DNA of 64,000 nucleotides, from assembly GCA_038087875.1 (NCBI GenBank), contig CM075997.1:7504001-7568000 (forward strand), in the 5' to 3' direction. The first letter of the stretch is position 1; each line of letters starts with the position of its first letter. The notes beneath the pieces were generated by a model that saw nothing but the letters and a program-made list of their open reading frames with translations, ran no database searches and had not been told where the DNA came from. This DNA is from Malacoraja senta (lineage: Eukaryota). Positions 11,346-23,957 of this stretch are shown piece after piece. The position numbers and the translations under genes are program-made.

Positions 11346-14300
11346 TATGAAAAACACAAATATAGCAGATGTGTGGAGGATTGCAAAGCCGACGGGAAGG
11401 GATTATTCGTTTTATTCAACGGTGCATAAAACATACTCACAGATAGACTATTTTCTTGTGGATACAAAATTAATTCCGCACACAATGAACCCTAAATACC
11501 ACACTAATGCGATCTCAGACCACTCTCCGTTAACTTTTGTTTTAAAACTAGAAGGAATGTCTATGAATAAATCGTTCTGGAGGTTTAACTCGCAAATTTT
11601 AAAAGACCCACAAGGGAGTATATATCTAAAAAAACAGATGGATCTATTTTTTGAGATAAATGATACACCAGATATTTCCCCCACGCTATTATGGGAATCC
11701 TTCAAAGCATTTATTAGAGGAGTCATTATTTCATTCCAAGCTTATCAAAATAAAAATAATAAGAATGAACAAAGACATTTAGAAGAACAAATAAAACAAT
11801 TAGATACAGATAATGCTAAAGATCCAACTATGGATAAACATAATAAAATCCTACTATTGATATTCAAGCTAAATAAATTACTGTCAGAGAAAGTTATAAC
11901 ATGATTTCAAATTACAAAACAAGAACACTTCGAATTCGGGGACAAACCCCACAAACTTCTAGCACGCCAACTGAAAAAACGGGAAAAAAAGAATGCAATA
12001 TTAAAGATTAAATCAGACAGAGGGGAATTATTAACACTACCCAAGGATATCAATAAAATATTTGCTCAATTTTACCAGAATCTATACACATCTAAAACGT
12101 TAATAGACAATAATAAAATCTCAGAATTTTTAGATAACTGTAACCTACCACAATTAGAACTGAGGGAACAAGAGGAACTGGGAGCACAAATTACTTCTAA
12201 GGAGATAGAAGACACAATAAAAACACTAAAGAATGGAAAAACACCAGGACCAGACGGATTCAGTAATGAATTTTATAAATCTTTTTATGACATAGTTACT
12301 CCACGATTACAGAAAATGTATACATATGCTTTTAAAGAGCAAAACTTACCTGAAACACTAGCAGAATCAACGATAATATTAATACTTAAAAAAGATAAAA
12401 AATATAGAAGAACCAGGATCTTATAGAGCTATTGCTTTGTTAAATACGGATCAAAAAATAATAGCGAAAACACTAGCCAGTAGACTAAGCAGGTATGTTA
12501 GTAGACTAATAAATGAGGATCAAACAGGATTTATACCTAAGAGACATTCATTTAATAATTTGAGACGTTTGCTTAACATAATGCACTCACATAAATCTCA
12601 GGACCAAGAGTTATCTATCATCTCATTGGATGCAGAAAAAGCGTTTGATCAAGTAGAATGGGACTATATGATTAAAGTATTGCAAAAATTCCAATTGGGA
12701 GAGAACTTCATTGCATGGATAAAACTATTATATAACAAACCTACGGCTAGAATACTAACTAATAATATATTATCCTCGAAATTTGAACTATCAAGGGGCA
12801 ATAGACAAGGATGTTCATTATCACCGCTGTTATTTGCTTTAGTAATTGAACCCCTTGCTGAAAAAATAAGAACACACATGGATATTTACGGTTATAATAC
12901 AAAATATTCAAATAACAAAATATCCCTATATGCCGATGATGTACTACTGTACATCACAAAACCACAAATTAGTATACCAAATATATTAAATTTAATTGAG
13001 GACTTTGGATCCTTCTCAGGATATAGAATAAATTGGAACAAAAGTGAAATTATGTCGATAAAACCAAAAGACTCAACACACCTCAGGAAATTCCCCTTTA
13101 AAATAGCTACAGAAAAATTCAAATATTTGGGAATTGAAATTACTAGAAATTACCAGGATACGTTTAAAGCCAATTATAATCCCTTTCTTAAGAAATTAAA
13201 TAATATGATAAACTTCTGGAAAACACTTCCGATGTCCTTAATAGGCAGAATAAATGCTATAAAAATGATTTTCTTACCACAAATCCTATACCTATTTCAA
13301 TCTATATATCTATATATCTATATACCTATATATCTCCCAAAAACGTTTTTCAAAAAATTGGACTCAGACATTACAAATTTTATATGGGATTATAAATCCC
13401 ATAGAATACAAAGAGCACACCTTAATAAACGAAAAGAGTTGGGGGGGTCTCGCGCTCCCTAACTTTATGTATTATAATTGGGCAGGAAATATTAAAAATA
13501 TGATTCACCTGCTGGATAATTCTGCCCAGCAGGCGGACTGGATTGTAATGGAAAAAGGGGACTGCTCCCCGAGTAATATAGGAGCGATTATTCTCTCTCC
13601 AATAAATTTGAATAATAAAAATTATAATAAAAATCCAATTACATATAGCACAATTAGAACATGGAAACAAATAAAACAGAATCTAAAATTAAGAAACCTA
13701 TCTCTCTCAATACCAATAGTTAATAACCCATCGTTTAAACCTTCAACCATAGACAAATCATTTATACAATGGGAAAGAATGGGAATCAAAACGCTCGAAG
13801 ATCTGTATGAATTGGGAAAATTACTATCATTTCAACAACTACAACTGAAATATAATTTGAAAAATAACCAATATTTTAAATATCTACAAATTCGTGATTA
13901 CCTGAAAAAATACAAAAAAGACTATCATAATATGCCTGCCGACTTACTAGATGAAGCAATGAAGACAAAGGCGGAATCAGCTAATCTAATATCGTACTTA
14001 TATAATATCATTTTAAACATAGAAATACCCACAACAGATGGAATTAGAAGAGACTGGGAACAAGAATTAGCTATAAAAATTTCAAAAGAGAGCTGGGATA
14101 ACCATTCACTACAGGTGCATAAATGTTCGATCAACGTACGACATACGCTCATCCAATTCAAAACATTACATAGACTATATTATTCAAAAACTAAATTAAA
14201 TAAAATCTTTCCTAATGTTTCACCAATCTGTGATAAATGTCTATGTCAAGAAGCTACCATAGCGCATTCTTTTGTTTTTTGTAGAAAAATCCAAAAATTC

Positions 14301-14989
14301 TGGTATGAAATATTTGATATTTTTTCAAAATTAATTAAAATAAAACTGGTACCAAAACCAGAATGGATCATTTTTGGAATATCGGAAGGTATCCCTGAAT
14401 TAAACGTGTATCAGAAGAACTTATTCAATTACGGGCTAATAATGGGAAAAAAGCTCATACTTAAATTCTGGAAAAATGCGCCCACACCAACAATAAAAAT
14501 GTGGACATCAAATATGTTTGAAACATTACATCTGGAAGAGATGAGATTCCTCTTAGCAGGTAAAGCAGACCAATTCCAAAAGACATGGTCTACGTTTCTG
14601 GACCTATTACAAGCATGAGGTGCAATAGTAATTTAAAAAATAAATAAATAAAGAAATGGTATCAGGACCTGGTAATGGGAGGTAAAACAACAAAAACAGA
14701 CTTGGTTGGTTGTCCCCTTTCTGCGATTGTTCCTACTTTCTTTTTCTTTCTTTTCTAGGGCCTACTCTCTTACTTTACTTCCTTCTCTAACTTCTTTTCT
14801 AAGGGGCTTTCTTTTCCCAACACTCTCTTGCACTTCACGACTCTTGCGCACTTTCTTTACTTTTCTTACTTCTATCTTTCTCTTAAAGCTCAAAAAAATG
14901 AAGCGGTATAAAAAGTGTATTAAGATATAAGTGTTGTGTGTTACTGTAATTTACCGTACTTCTAATAAAAATAATAAAAAAAAAAAAAA
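11346..14989 (+). mobile_element. L1-clade LINE, 5'-truncated within the APE endonuclease
   Basis: DVWR..YSFYS..HKTYSQIDY..SDHSP (APE), RT motifs with YADD, CCHC zinc knuckle, stop at 14618, 3' UTR and poly(A) at 14965-14989. Confidence 0.95.
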
Positions 14990-15857
14990 GAAACGGTCTC
15001 ATGGAACCGTCTGGCACAGTATTGAATGGACACCTATTTGAATGTAATCAGGCACATGGCGAACTTCAAGACGTTTGCATATTTGCATTCTGGGCGACAG
15101 GGATCGTGGCTCTAATATGAATGTTAAGCCAATCACCGTGACTACATCAAAATAAGCTTTCCCGACCCAACTGTAAAACTGATAATCAGTAATTCAGTAA
15201 TCTTTCAACCTTTTTGAAATACATTGTTGTTCAGAAAAAAAAAACCATTAATGATTCCCCAATTATTTGACTCTCACCCAGTATTACAATTTCCAATCCC
15301 CATTATAAATGCAGGGAATTCCAAAACGGGTTCACTGACCAGCTAACAGTAAATAATAACTAATTAACCCCCCCCCCCCGCCCCACCCCCACTCCGCCTG
15401 AATGCTGACAATGACCTTCATGCTTTTCAGGTTCTGAATATTTCTTGGTGCGAACGGTATATTTCTCTGATCCTCTCAGCATTTGGATATCCCGTGTTTA
15501 ATGAGATTCAAACTGACAACTGCGGTGGCTTGACATTAAAACCGGACTGACAGGTTGGAAAGAAGATTTCCTCAATAAAGTACCATCATCGCCTTCTGAA
15601 GAGAAAATGGTACAACAGTTGAATGTTTCTATGAACTCTTCAGCTTGAAAACAAACGCTCAACGTGGGTTAAAATTACACGAAACGATATACTAAGTTTC
15701 TGTTGAGTTTCTGTTTCCGTTCCGTCCATTTGATGGCTGCATCATCCAAATATATCTAAATTTAATAATACGTAGTAATAATTCACACGGGATCAAACAG
15801 GTCAATACTTGCAATGATTGAGGAGTAAAAAATGGCACTTCGGTCACCTGGAGCCAG

Positions 15858-16425
15858 ACAGAGAGAGAGGGGGAGTAGAGAGAGGGGGAGAAATTGGGGG
15901 TAGAGAGAGGCGGGGAGAGAGATCGGCAGAGTGAGAGAGCGGCGGAGAGAGAGAGCGGATAGACAGAGGAGAGAGAGAGAGAGGTGGGCAGAGAGAGGGG
16001 AGAGGAGAGGGGGAAAGGAATGAAGATGAGAGAGAGAGGGTGAGTAGAGGGAGAGGCGGGGAGTGAGAGCGTGGATTGAGAGGGCGGAGAGAGAGAAGAG
16101 GGAGAGAGAGTGAGGGGTGAGAGAGAGAGAGAGAGAGGTACAGAGAGAGAGGGGGAGAGAGAGAGGGACGTGAGAGGGGGAGAGAGGTATGTGAGAGCGG
16201 GGAGAGAGATAGGGTAGAGAGATAGAGAGAGAGAGGGGAGCGGGAGAAGGGGAGAGTGGAGGCGGTTGGATAGGGTGAATAGAGAGAGGGGAGAGAGAGG
16301 GGGGAGAGAGAATGGGGAGAGATGTAGGGCAGAGAAAGGGGAAGAGTGAGAGTGGGAGAAGAGAGAGATAGGGGACAGAGGGGGAAGAGAGAGGTGGGGT
16401 GATAGGAGAGATAATGAGGGGAAAG
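15858..16425. repeat. GA-rich low-complexity tract
   Basis: Imperfect (GA)n/GGGAGA repeats. Confidence 0.85.
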
Positions 16426-16477
16426 GAAACAAATGCTGCTGCAAATGTGGGAAGTGCATCCAGGTACAGCTCCTGAA

Positions 16478-17269
16478 TTTGGATTGGATTGGATTCAATT
16501 TATTGTCATTGTCTCATAACAGACAACGAAATGGATTTTCCTTACAGTAATAATTTTTTTTTTTAAAAGCACAAACACAGATGTCCACGATACAAGTCAG
16601 GGAAGGAACCAAAGTCCAGTCAGCCCCCTCGCTGATCTTCCCAGTTGTGGTCGGTGCCTCCCGAGCACCCCGTAGTCACCGCTACGGGTGGCCCGATGTT
16701 CAGGCACGCTCGCCGGGAATGATGGAACCCCGACGTCGAACCACGACGGACAACATCCTCAGCGGCCCGGACCACCAAATCAGCCACCTCCCACTGAGTC
16801 CGCGGCTACGGAAGTCCACAGGCCGAGATGGGCGGAGACCCACGCTGGCGCCCCCCGACAAAGGGTCGCAGGACTCCGCGATGTTGGTCAGCGCCGCCCG
16901 CGTTCGGAGCTCCGCGAACCAATGCTCCGCGATGTCGATGCAGCAGGCCCAACACTACGGAGCTCCAAACGGCGATCCCAGGTGAGGCATCGCCCGCTCC
17001 GCGATGTATCCAGCGCTGCGCCGCCGCTGCTGAAGCTTTGGTCGGTACCGGCAGGAAAGGCCGCGCCAATCCAGTAGGTAGGCCGCGGGGTAGGGGGGGG
17101 AGGACGCATCCTCTCCATGAAGCGACCGAAGGACGGCTTCCACCTTACCGTACCCTCTTCCCCCCCACATAAAAAACACCCCCTACCAAAAAACGCACTT
17201 CAGCATAAGATAAAATAAAAAAGATACCTGACTGAAAACGGAGGCAGCCATGACAGCGCCACCGGATGT
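16478..17269 (-). mobile_element. non-autonomous retroposon (GC-rich body, AATAAA and (ATCCA)n tail) inserted in CR1 ORF1
   Basis: The minus strand starts GACATCCGGTGGCGCTGTCATGGCTGCC and ends GACAATGACAATAAATTGAATCCAATCCAATCCA. The CR1 ORF1 reading continues across it. Confidence 0.65.
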
Positions 17270-18226
17270 CCGGGTTGGGGAACTGGAGAAGTGGATGACC
17301 TCAGTTTCGTCCGAGAAACAGAGTCGTTCCTCGACAAGTCCTAGAGTAAGATTGTTACACCTAAGGTACTGGAAGGGAGAAGGTGGATGACGGTGAGAAA
17401 GGGAGGAAAACTTGGAATGTAAAGGTCCTCGGGTGTTGTACCTTTTGTGAACAGGTTCACCCAATTAGAAGCTGTGGGGACGGAAGACGTTATCACACTG
17501 AGCGGTGGACTGGCTTGCGAAGCAAAAAGGGCTGTTGAGCCAAAACCAAAGAGGCCAACGTCAAGCAACGCCATTGTATTTGGAGACTCCATTGTGAGAG
17601 GTACGGACAGGGGTTTCTGCGGCAACAGACGGGATTCGAGGATGGGGCGCTGCCTTCCTGGTGCCAGGATCCAGGATGTGCCGAAAATCCTCAAGGGCGA
17701 AGGTGAACCGTCGGAAGTGGTAGTGCATGTCGGCACAAACGATGTCGGAAAGAAGGGGTGAATATTCTGCAGCGTGACTTTAGAGCTCGGAAAAATGCTG
17801 AAAAGCAGGACCTCCAGTGTTGTTATCTCCGGATTGCTTCCAGTTCCTCGTGGTGGCGAGAGCAGGGACTGGGAGATACGGGACCTGGATGTGTGGCTGA
17901 GGAACTGGTGCAGGGGGCAGGGATTTTGATTCTTAGATCACTGGGATCTGTTTTGGAGTAAGGGGGAACTGTACAAAAGGGACGGATTGCATCTTAACAG
18001 GTGGGGGACCAGCATTCTGGCTGGCAGGTTTGCCATTCCTACACGGTTGGTTTTAAACTGAATAATGGGGTGTCAAATGGGATAGTCGAGGATGGAGTTA
18101 AAGGGAAAGAGAGTAAAGGGATGGTTAATGACCCCCAGAATTAACAGGAAAGGAAGCTCACAAAGGGATAGGAGAGTATGGTCAAGTGTAATAGGGATCG
18201 ATGTGAAAGGTGAGATGCGTAAGGAA

Positions 18227-21200
18227 TTTTACTTCGGAGTCACGTGAGTGATTACGTCAAGAAGGCCATCAACCCGCATGCGCGTCATTACGTCTGGCGC
18301 ATTGCGCAATGGCTGACTGTCAGGCGCGCTGCTCCTGCCAGCGGAAAGTTTTAAACCTGAAAGGTAATTTATTTCTAGGGTTGTGTTTTGTGTTGCAGGA
18401 AGCTCTTCATAGAGTTTGCCTGGTGGATTCGGGGCGAGGTCGGAGGGGCCGCGGGGAAACCGGTTTTGGACCGTGGGGAAGTCCCGGTCCGGACCGCGGA
18501 AGCGCGGGTAGCCGGCGGCCGTCGGGTTCGTTTCCCTAGTCGCTGCCAAGGAGGTCAGCGGCACCCAGGAGGGGACTGCGAGTTATGGTTCACCAAGAAA
18601 GGGGGTAGACCAAGGGGAAGTTGGTCTCACTACCCCAGTCGCTGACAAGGAGGTCAGCGACACCCAGGAGGGGAGTGCGAGTGGGGATTCCCCCAGGATG
18701 GGGATAGACCAAGTGAAAGTTGGACTCGCTACCCCAGTCGCTGAATATTGCGTCAGCAGCTCCCAGACCGCAATGGTCTCCCCAGAAAAGGGGAAAACTG
18801 GCAGCAAGCCGGTCTCGCGTCCCCAGTCGCTGACAATGGGGTCAGCAGCTTACAGACCGCTATGGTTCCCCCAGAAAATGGGTTAAACCGAGGAAGCCGG
18901 TCAGGCCTTGGGACTCGGGCGAGTCGGGCCAGGAGGTTTCCCCTCCTTCCATGGGTAGCGTCTGCGGAATGCCAAAAACCCTCCTGGAGCACCTGATGGA
19001 GAGGTTGCTCCAAAGAGATATGCTCCAAAAGAAGAGAGCTGTCTAAGCCCTGGTATTATGGAGAACCCGCTGGCAGCGGCACCTGTTTCGGGGCTGCACA
19101 ATGTCTGCCTCTCTGAGGAGGGGAGCATCCGGGGTCAGTTTCAGTCTGGCCCAGAACAATATTCCGATATAGGTCCGAAGGGCCATGTCAGCGCAGGTAT
19201 CCTCAAGGGCCTGCGGCAGCACCTGTGTCAAGGCTGTCTACGAGTCTCCCTCTCTGTGCAGGGGAGTGCGAGGATATACTCGCAAGCGAAGGGGCAGAAA
19301 ACCTGGATGGCGCCAAATTGTTCCTCACGCTACAAGTGCCGGCAGTGAACAGAGCTATGAAATGAAACCAGCCGCCGAATCTTCTCTTCAGGTAAGACTT
19401 CCAACAGGTATACCTAGATGAGAAAGCAAGCTTCATCGTATCGGCTACGACACCCCCACGCCACATTGGCAGTAAGCAGTTCACTGAATTTGATGGCCGC
19501 TTGAAAGCTGGGCAGAGGTCTTTCAGGCCAAGGGCCAAGCCGGTCTCAGGAAATATGGAGTTCACATACACTACCGTTCCTACTCTCCAAGCAAGGACGG
19601 GAATAGAGCCCTCATCAGGGGCCTTTGGGTTTACCATAGGCCACCGGTAACCATGGAGGTACGTGGGTCTGGTTCTTCCGAAACATGGAGTAAGTGGACC
19701 TTTTCCAAGTTGGTAATATTTACACTTGCTTCATACTAAAATTATAATATGTGATGGGTTATTATTGCACAGTATACAAGGGTACCAAACATGGCTTGAA
19801 ATTGGGGCCAGGGTTGTCTTTCGAGGCAGGCGCAGTATTACGGCCAAGATTGCCTTCGAGATAGCTCGGAAATATGACCAGAATTGTCTTTTGAGGCATG
19901 CTCAGGATTACGGCCAGGATTGCTTTCCGCGACAAGCTCGGTAATTTGGCCATAGTTGTCTTTAAGAATTACGGCCAGAGCAGTTTTTAAGGCAGGCCCA
20001 GTAGTAGGGCCAAAGTTGTTTTTCGAGGCAGGATCAGTGTTATGGCCAGGATTACCTTTCGAGACAGGCTCGGGAATCTGGCCAGAGTTGTCATTCAAGG
20101 CAGGCATGGAATTATGGCAGGCGTGGCCTGTTCATTGTGAAAGATGGAGGATGTCGGTTCACAATTGATTTAACTTCCATGTGCAACATAGATTTCAGTA
20201 TATGGAATTTCTTTACTGTCTAACTACTGATTTCCTTAAGATATTTATGGCATGCATCGATATCAAAGATGCAGACTATTCAGGTCCCATTCATGGATCA
20301 CCGGAGACATTTGAAATTTACCTGGATGATTTTCTAACGCTGTGTTTTTGCTTAAATCAACTTTTTCAGGTGCAACTATATTTGAGGAGTTGAGGTCCCT
20401 TCAGCCATCCAGTCAATTTAAGTTGACACCAACAGGATTTTATTGAATATCGGATTTACCTTTAACTATTAATTTATCTGTGACTCCGCCCAGGTGAAAC
20501 AGATTGGAATCAATAGAAGCCTGTAACAACCTTGTTATCAAGCAGTCTTCTATTCATCAATTTTAATTGGCAATATAGCAGCTGTGTTTCAGCTGTGCAA
20601 TTGGGCCTTGCATTATCAGAACTTTCAACGTGCAAGTAGTAACTTCTCAAGTGCCAGATAGGTCATTGTTAACAGACCTGTGATATTACCAGCTGAAGCT
20701 ACCAAAGTAACAATGGTGGTCGAACTATATTCAGCATTGCTCCGGTAGTTTGGTCAAATAATCTTCAGTTATATTACTAACAGAGGCTAGTTCTCAAAGA
20801 TGGAAATTACGAATGCCATCTCTAGTAACGAAGGCGGATGGAATTTGCATGAATCACCAATTCTTCAGATATTTGTATCAACTATCTATAGACACTAGGT
20901 GCATACTATGGGTTAAAGGGTTATTGTGCGAATATGCAAAATCTGCATGCTCAGTTTCCAAGTTGTACACTGTGGTGGTGGCGGCATATGTCAGTCACAT
21001 GGGCGCAATCAAGTCAAAGTATCCAGTCAGAATTTACACAACCTTTTTTGGCGCTGGTGTATCATCATGTAAAATCAATGACAACACAATATGCATGTTG
21101 GATCGCAAAGTATTTTAGGATATTATGGCTCGATGGCACCCGATATCGGTATGTTTGCATCAGGCTAATCCACCAGTTGAAAAAAAACACGTGGCATCAC

Positions 21201-22946
21201 AGTGGCGAGAGATACATTCACGCTACACGGGGGAGGAATGTTTTTATGAGGTCTCTCCATTTTGCCTCATCAGTCGGGTCTTGCAATAATTCAGCAAGAT
21301 CCCGCTTCAGGGTTCTCGTACTGTCTGACTGGCCTACGCAGCCATGGTTTCCCGCAAATGTTGGGAATAATAATAGAACCTTATATGGGTTCTAAACATA
21401 AAACATTGCCGGTTCAGCCTGGGATTCGGGGAACCAGCCTCTCCATGCTTAATCAATTCATTGCCTTACAGAATCTGAGAAGACCGCTCATGCGGCTCGG
21501 GCTCTCAGACTGATCCAAGTATGTGCTCACTGCAGAGTGCAGGGATAGCACCAAAAAACAGTACTTTGCTTCTTCAAGAGATGGGAAGCGTTTTCTGTTA
21601 ATGTAATGTTACATATAATATGGCATGGACACTGACGTCTAAGAGTTCATTTTCTATGGGTCTTTGACACTAAATTAAGTTATAGTCCCATTAACTGTGC
21701 CCAACGTGCTTCTCATCATAGTTGCTGCAGCGAGCGGGACCCGCTCTGTCGGGTCTCCCCCTCTGAAGTCGGGTTATTAAGGATATCATTAACACAGGTA
21801 CTCCCAGACCCAAGTACACGGAAGTATGGGATATTGACATTGTGGTAACATTAATCCCCATGGGGCTCTGGCTATATCTCTATCTTTGGTTCGGATCTCA
21901 TAGGTAGTTATTACCCTGGCGCTGCCCTCAGCGCACGGGTCCAGTCATTACATAAATTGCGACGGGACAGGATGGTTACACCTGCTATATAATATTTCAT
22001 GTTTATGATTTAGTTATGCAGGGCAGCCCAGGGTTGTCAGGGCTCAAACTGGTCTCATGGAATACCCTATGCACCTTCAGTTATGTGTGGTCACACATTT
22101 ACAACATTACGTCTAGGTCATCTAGAACCTTAGAGGCTCTGATACTAGCTATGTTTGTTACTTACACAAATCCTCATAAGAATGTATCAGTTCAGACCAT
22201 CTCCAGGTGGGTAATATGGGGTTTTGGCTTATACAGGAGTAGATACTAATTTTCTAATCTCACTCCATCAGGGCTGCTACAGCATTAGCAGTAAGGGTTA
22301 TGTACGGTCCTCTGGACTGTATTCTGTCGACTGCAGGGTGGTCTAACGAACGAGGTTTCCAACATTAAATTTTAACCCATTGCCAGACCAGGGGTATTCG
22401 CCAACTCTATTTTAGATTCTATTGTATAGTTTCCCCTCGGATGAGAGGGGTTACTGTTTTTATTATTTGTTCATTTATCAGTATCAGCATGTTTTAAATC
22501 TATGTCATGTCTGTATGCATTATGAATCTTTCCCTTATCTGTGGTCAACTGATGCAGTCGTGCTTGTGTGGGCTCGTTTTTCCACGGCATGAAATTACAG
22601 AGCTTCAAAATCTTCACGTAGTCACTCACGTGACTCCGAAGTAAAATAGTAAGATTAAACGGGAACTTACCAGTTTGAAGTTTAATCTTTAATTTATGAG
22701 GTGTTACTATGAGCGAGTACGTGCGCTCCGCTCCCGACCCTTGTAACATAAAGATATTTCTGGAAGTTCTAGACAGCTCTAATCTTACTATTTTAGTTCA
22801 ATAACTGTTATTCTGTGATTTTACACCGCTGATTTGAAGATTGACGCGCATGCGGGTTGACGGCGTTGTCACGTAATCGCTCATCGTAACTCCTCATAAA
22901 ATAAAGATCAAACTTCAAACTGGTAAGTTCTCGTTTAATCTCACTA
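18227..22946 (+). mobile_element. DIRS1-like tyrosine-recombinase retrotransposon, full length, ORFs decayed
   Basis: Left ITR 18227-18287, right ITR plus extension 22842-22946, ICR 22615-22723 complementary to both ends. RT remnants (MACIDIKDADYS, IYLDDFL), RNaseH/MT-like (AYVSHMG, LVLSDWPTQPWFP), YR (VSVQTISRWV, HSIRAA, ILSTAGWS). Confidence 0.92.
19806..20121. repeat. 36-bp minisatellite inside the DIRS element (about 9 units)
   Basis: Unit about GGCCAGRGTTGTCTTTCGAGGCAGGCTCAGGAATTAT; one unit is shortened. Confidence 0.75.
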
Positions 22947-23957
22947 TTAAAATATTGTATATGAATGCGCGAAGTATAAGAAGTAATGTAGATGAGCTTG
23001 AGGCTCAGTTAGGGGTTGGTAGATATGACATTGCGGGGATTACTGAGACGTGGCTGCAGGAGGATAGTGCCTGGGAACTTAATATTCAGGTATATACATC
23101 CTATAGAAAGGACAGGCAGGTGGGCAGAGGAGGGGGGTAGCTGCTGGTGAGGGATGAAATTCAATCCCTTGCGAGGGAAGACATAGGGACTGACTTGGTA
23201 GAGTCACTGTGGATTGAGTTGAGGAATTGTAACGGCAAGAAGACACTAATTGGTGTTATTTACAGATACCCAAATAGTAGCCCGGATGTAGGGTGTAAGT
23301 TGCAGCAGGAGTTAAAACAGGCATGTAACAAAGGTAATGCCACTGCGGTGACGGGGGATTTCAATATGCACGTAGACTGGGAAAATCAGGCTGGTTCAGG
23401 ACCCCAAGAAAGATAGTTTGTAGAATGCCTCCGAGATGTATTCTTAGAGCAGCTTGTAATGGAGCCGACCAGAGAAACGGAAATTCTGGATTTAGTGTTG
23501 TCCAATGAACCAGATATGATAAGAGAACTCGAGGTAAAGGAACCGCATGGAGGTTGTGATCATAATATGAATAGTTTTAATCTGCAATTTGAGAAAGAGA
23601 ACGTTAACTCGGAAGTGGCAATGATGAAGCTGAACACAGGGGACTATGACGGCATGAGAGGGGGCTGGCCAAAGTAGACTGGAAAGGGATCCTAGCAGGA
23701 ATGACGGTGGAACAGCAATGGCAGGAATTTCTGGGCATAATCCGGAAGGCGCAGGATCATTTCATTCCAAAAAGGAAGAAAGATTCTAAGGGGAGTAGGA
23801 GGCAACCTTGGCTGACAAGAGAAGTTAGGATAACATAAAACTAAAATAAAAGATGTATAACTCAGCAAAGAGTAGCCGGAAGCCAGAGGATTGGGTAACT
23901 TGCATAGGACAACAGAAGGAATCAAAACGGGCAATACGGGCTGAAAAGATGAAGTAT

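Noticed and set aside
8645..11429. Pro/Ser/Leu-rich and Gly/Glu/Arg-rich ORFs
   Set aside because: Translations of purine/pyrimidine low-complexity tracts.
15445..15545. Possible relic of another GPR139-like exon 1 (ERYISLILSAFGYPV)
   Set aside because: Similarity is too short, and there is no good donor site or downstream exon 2.
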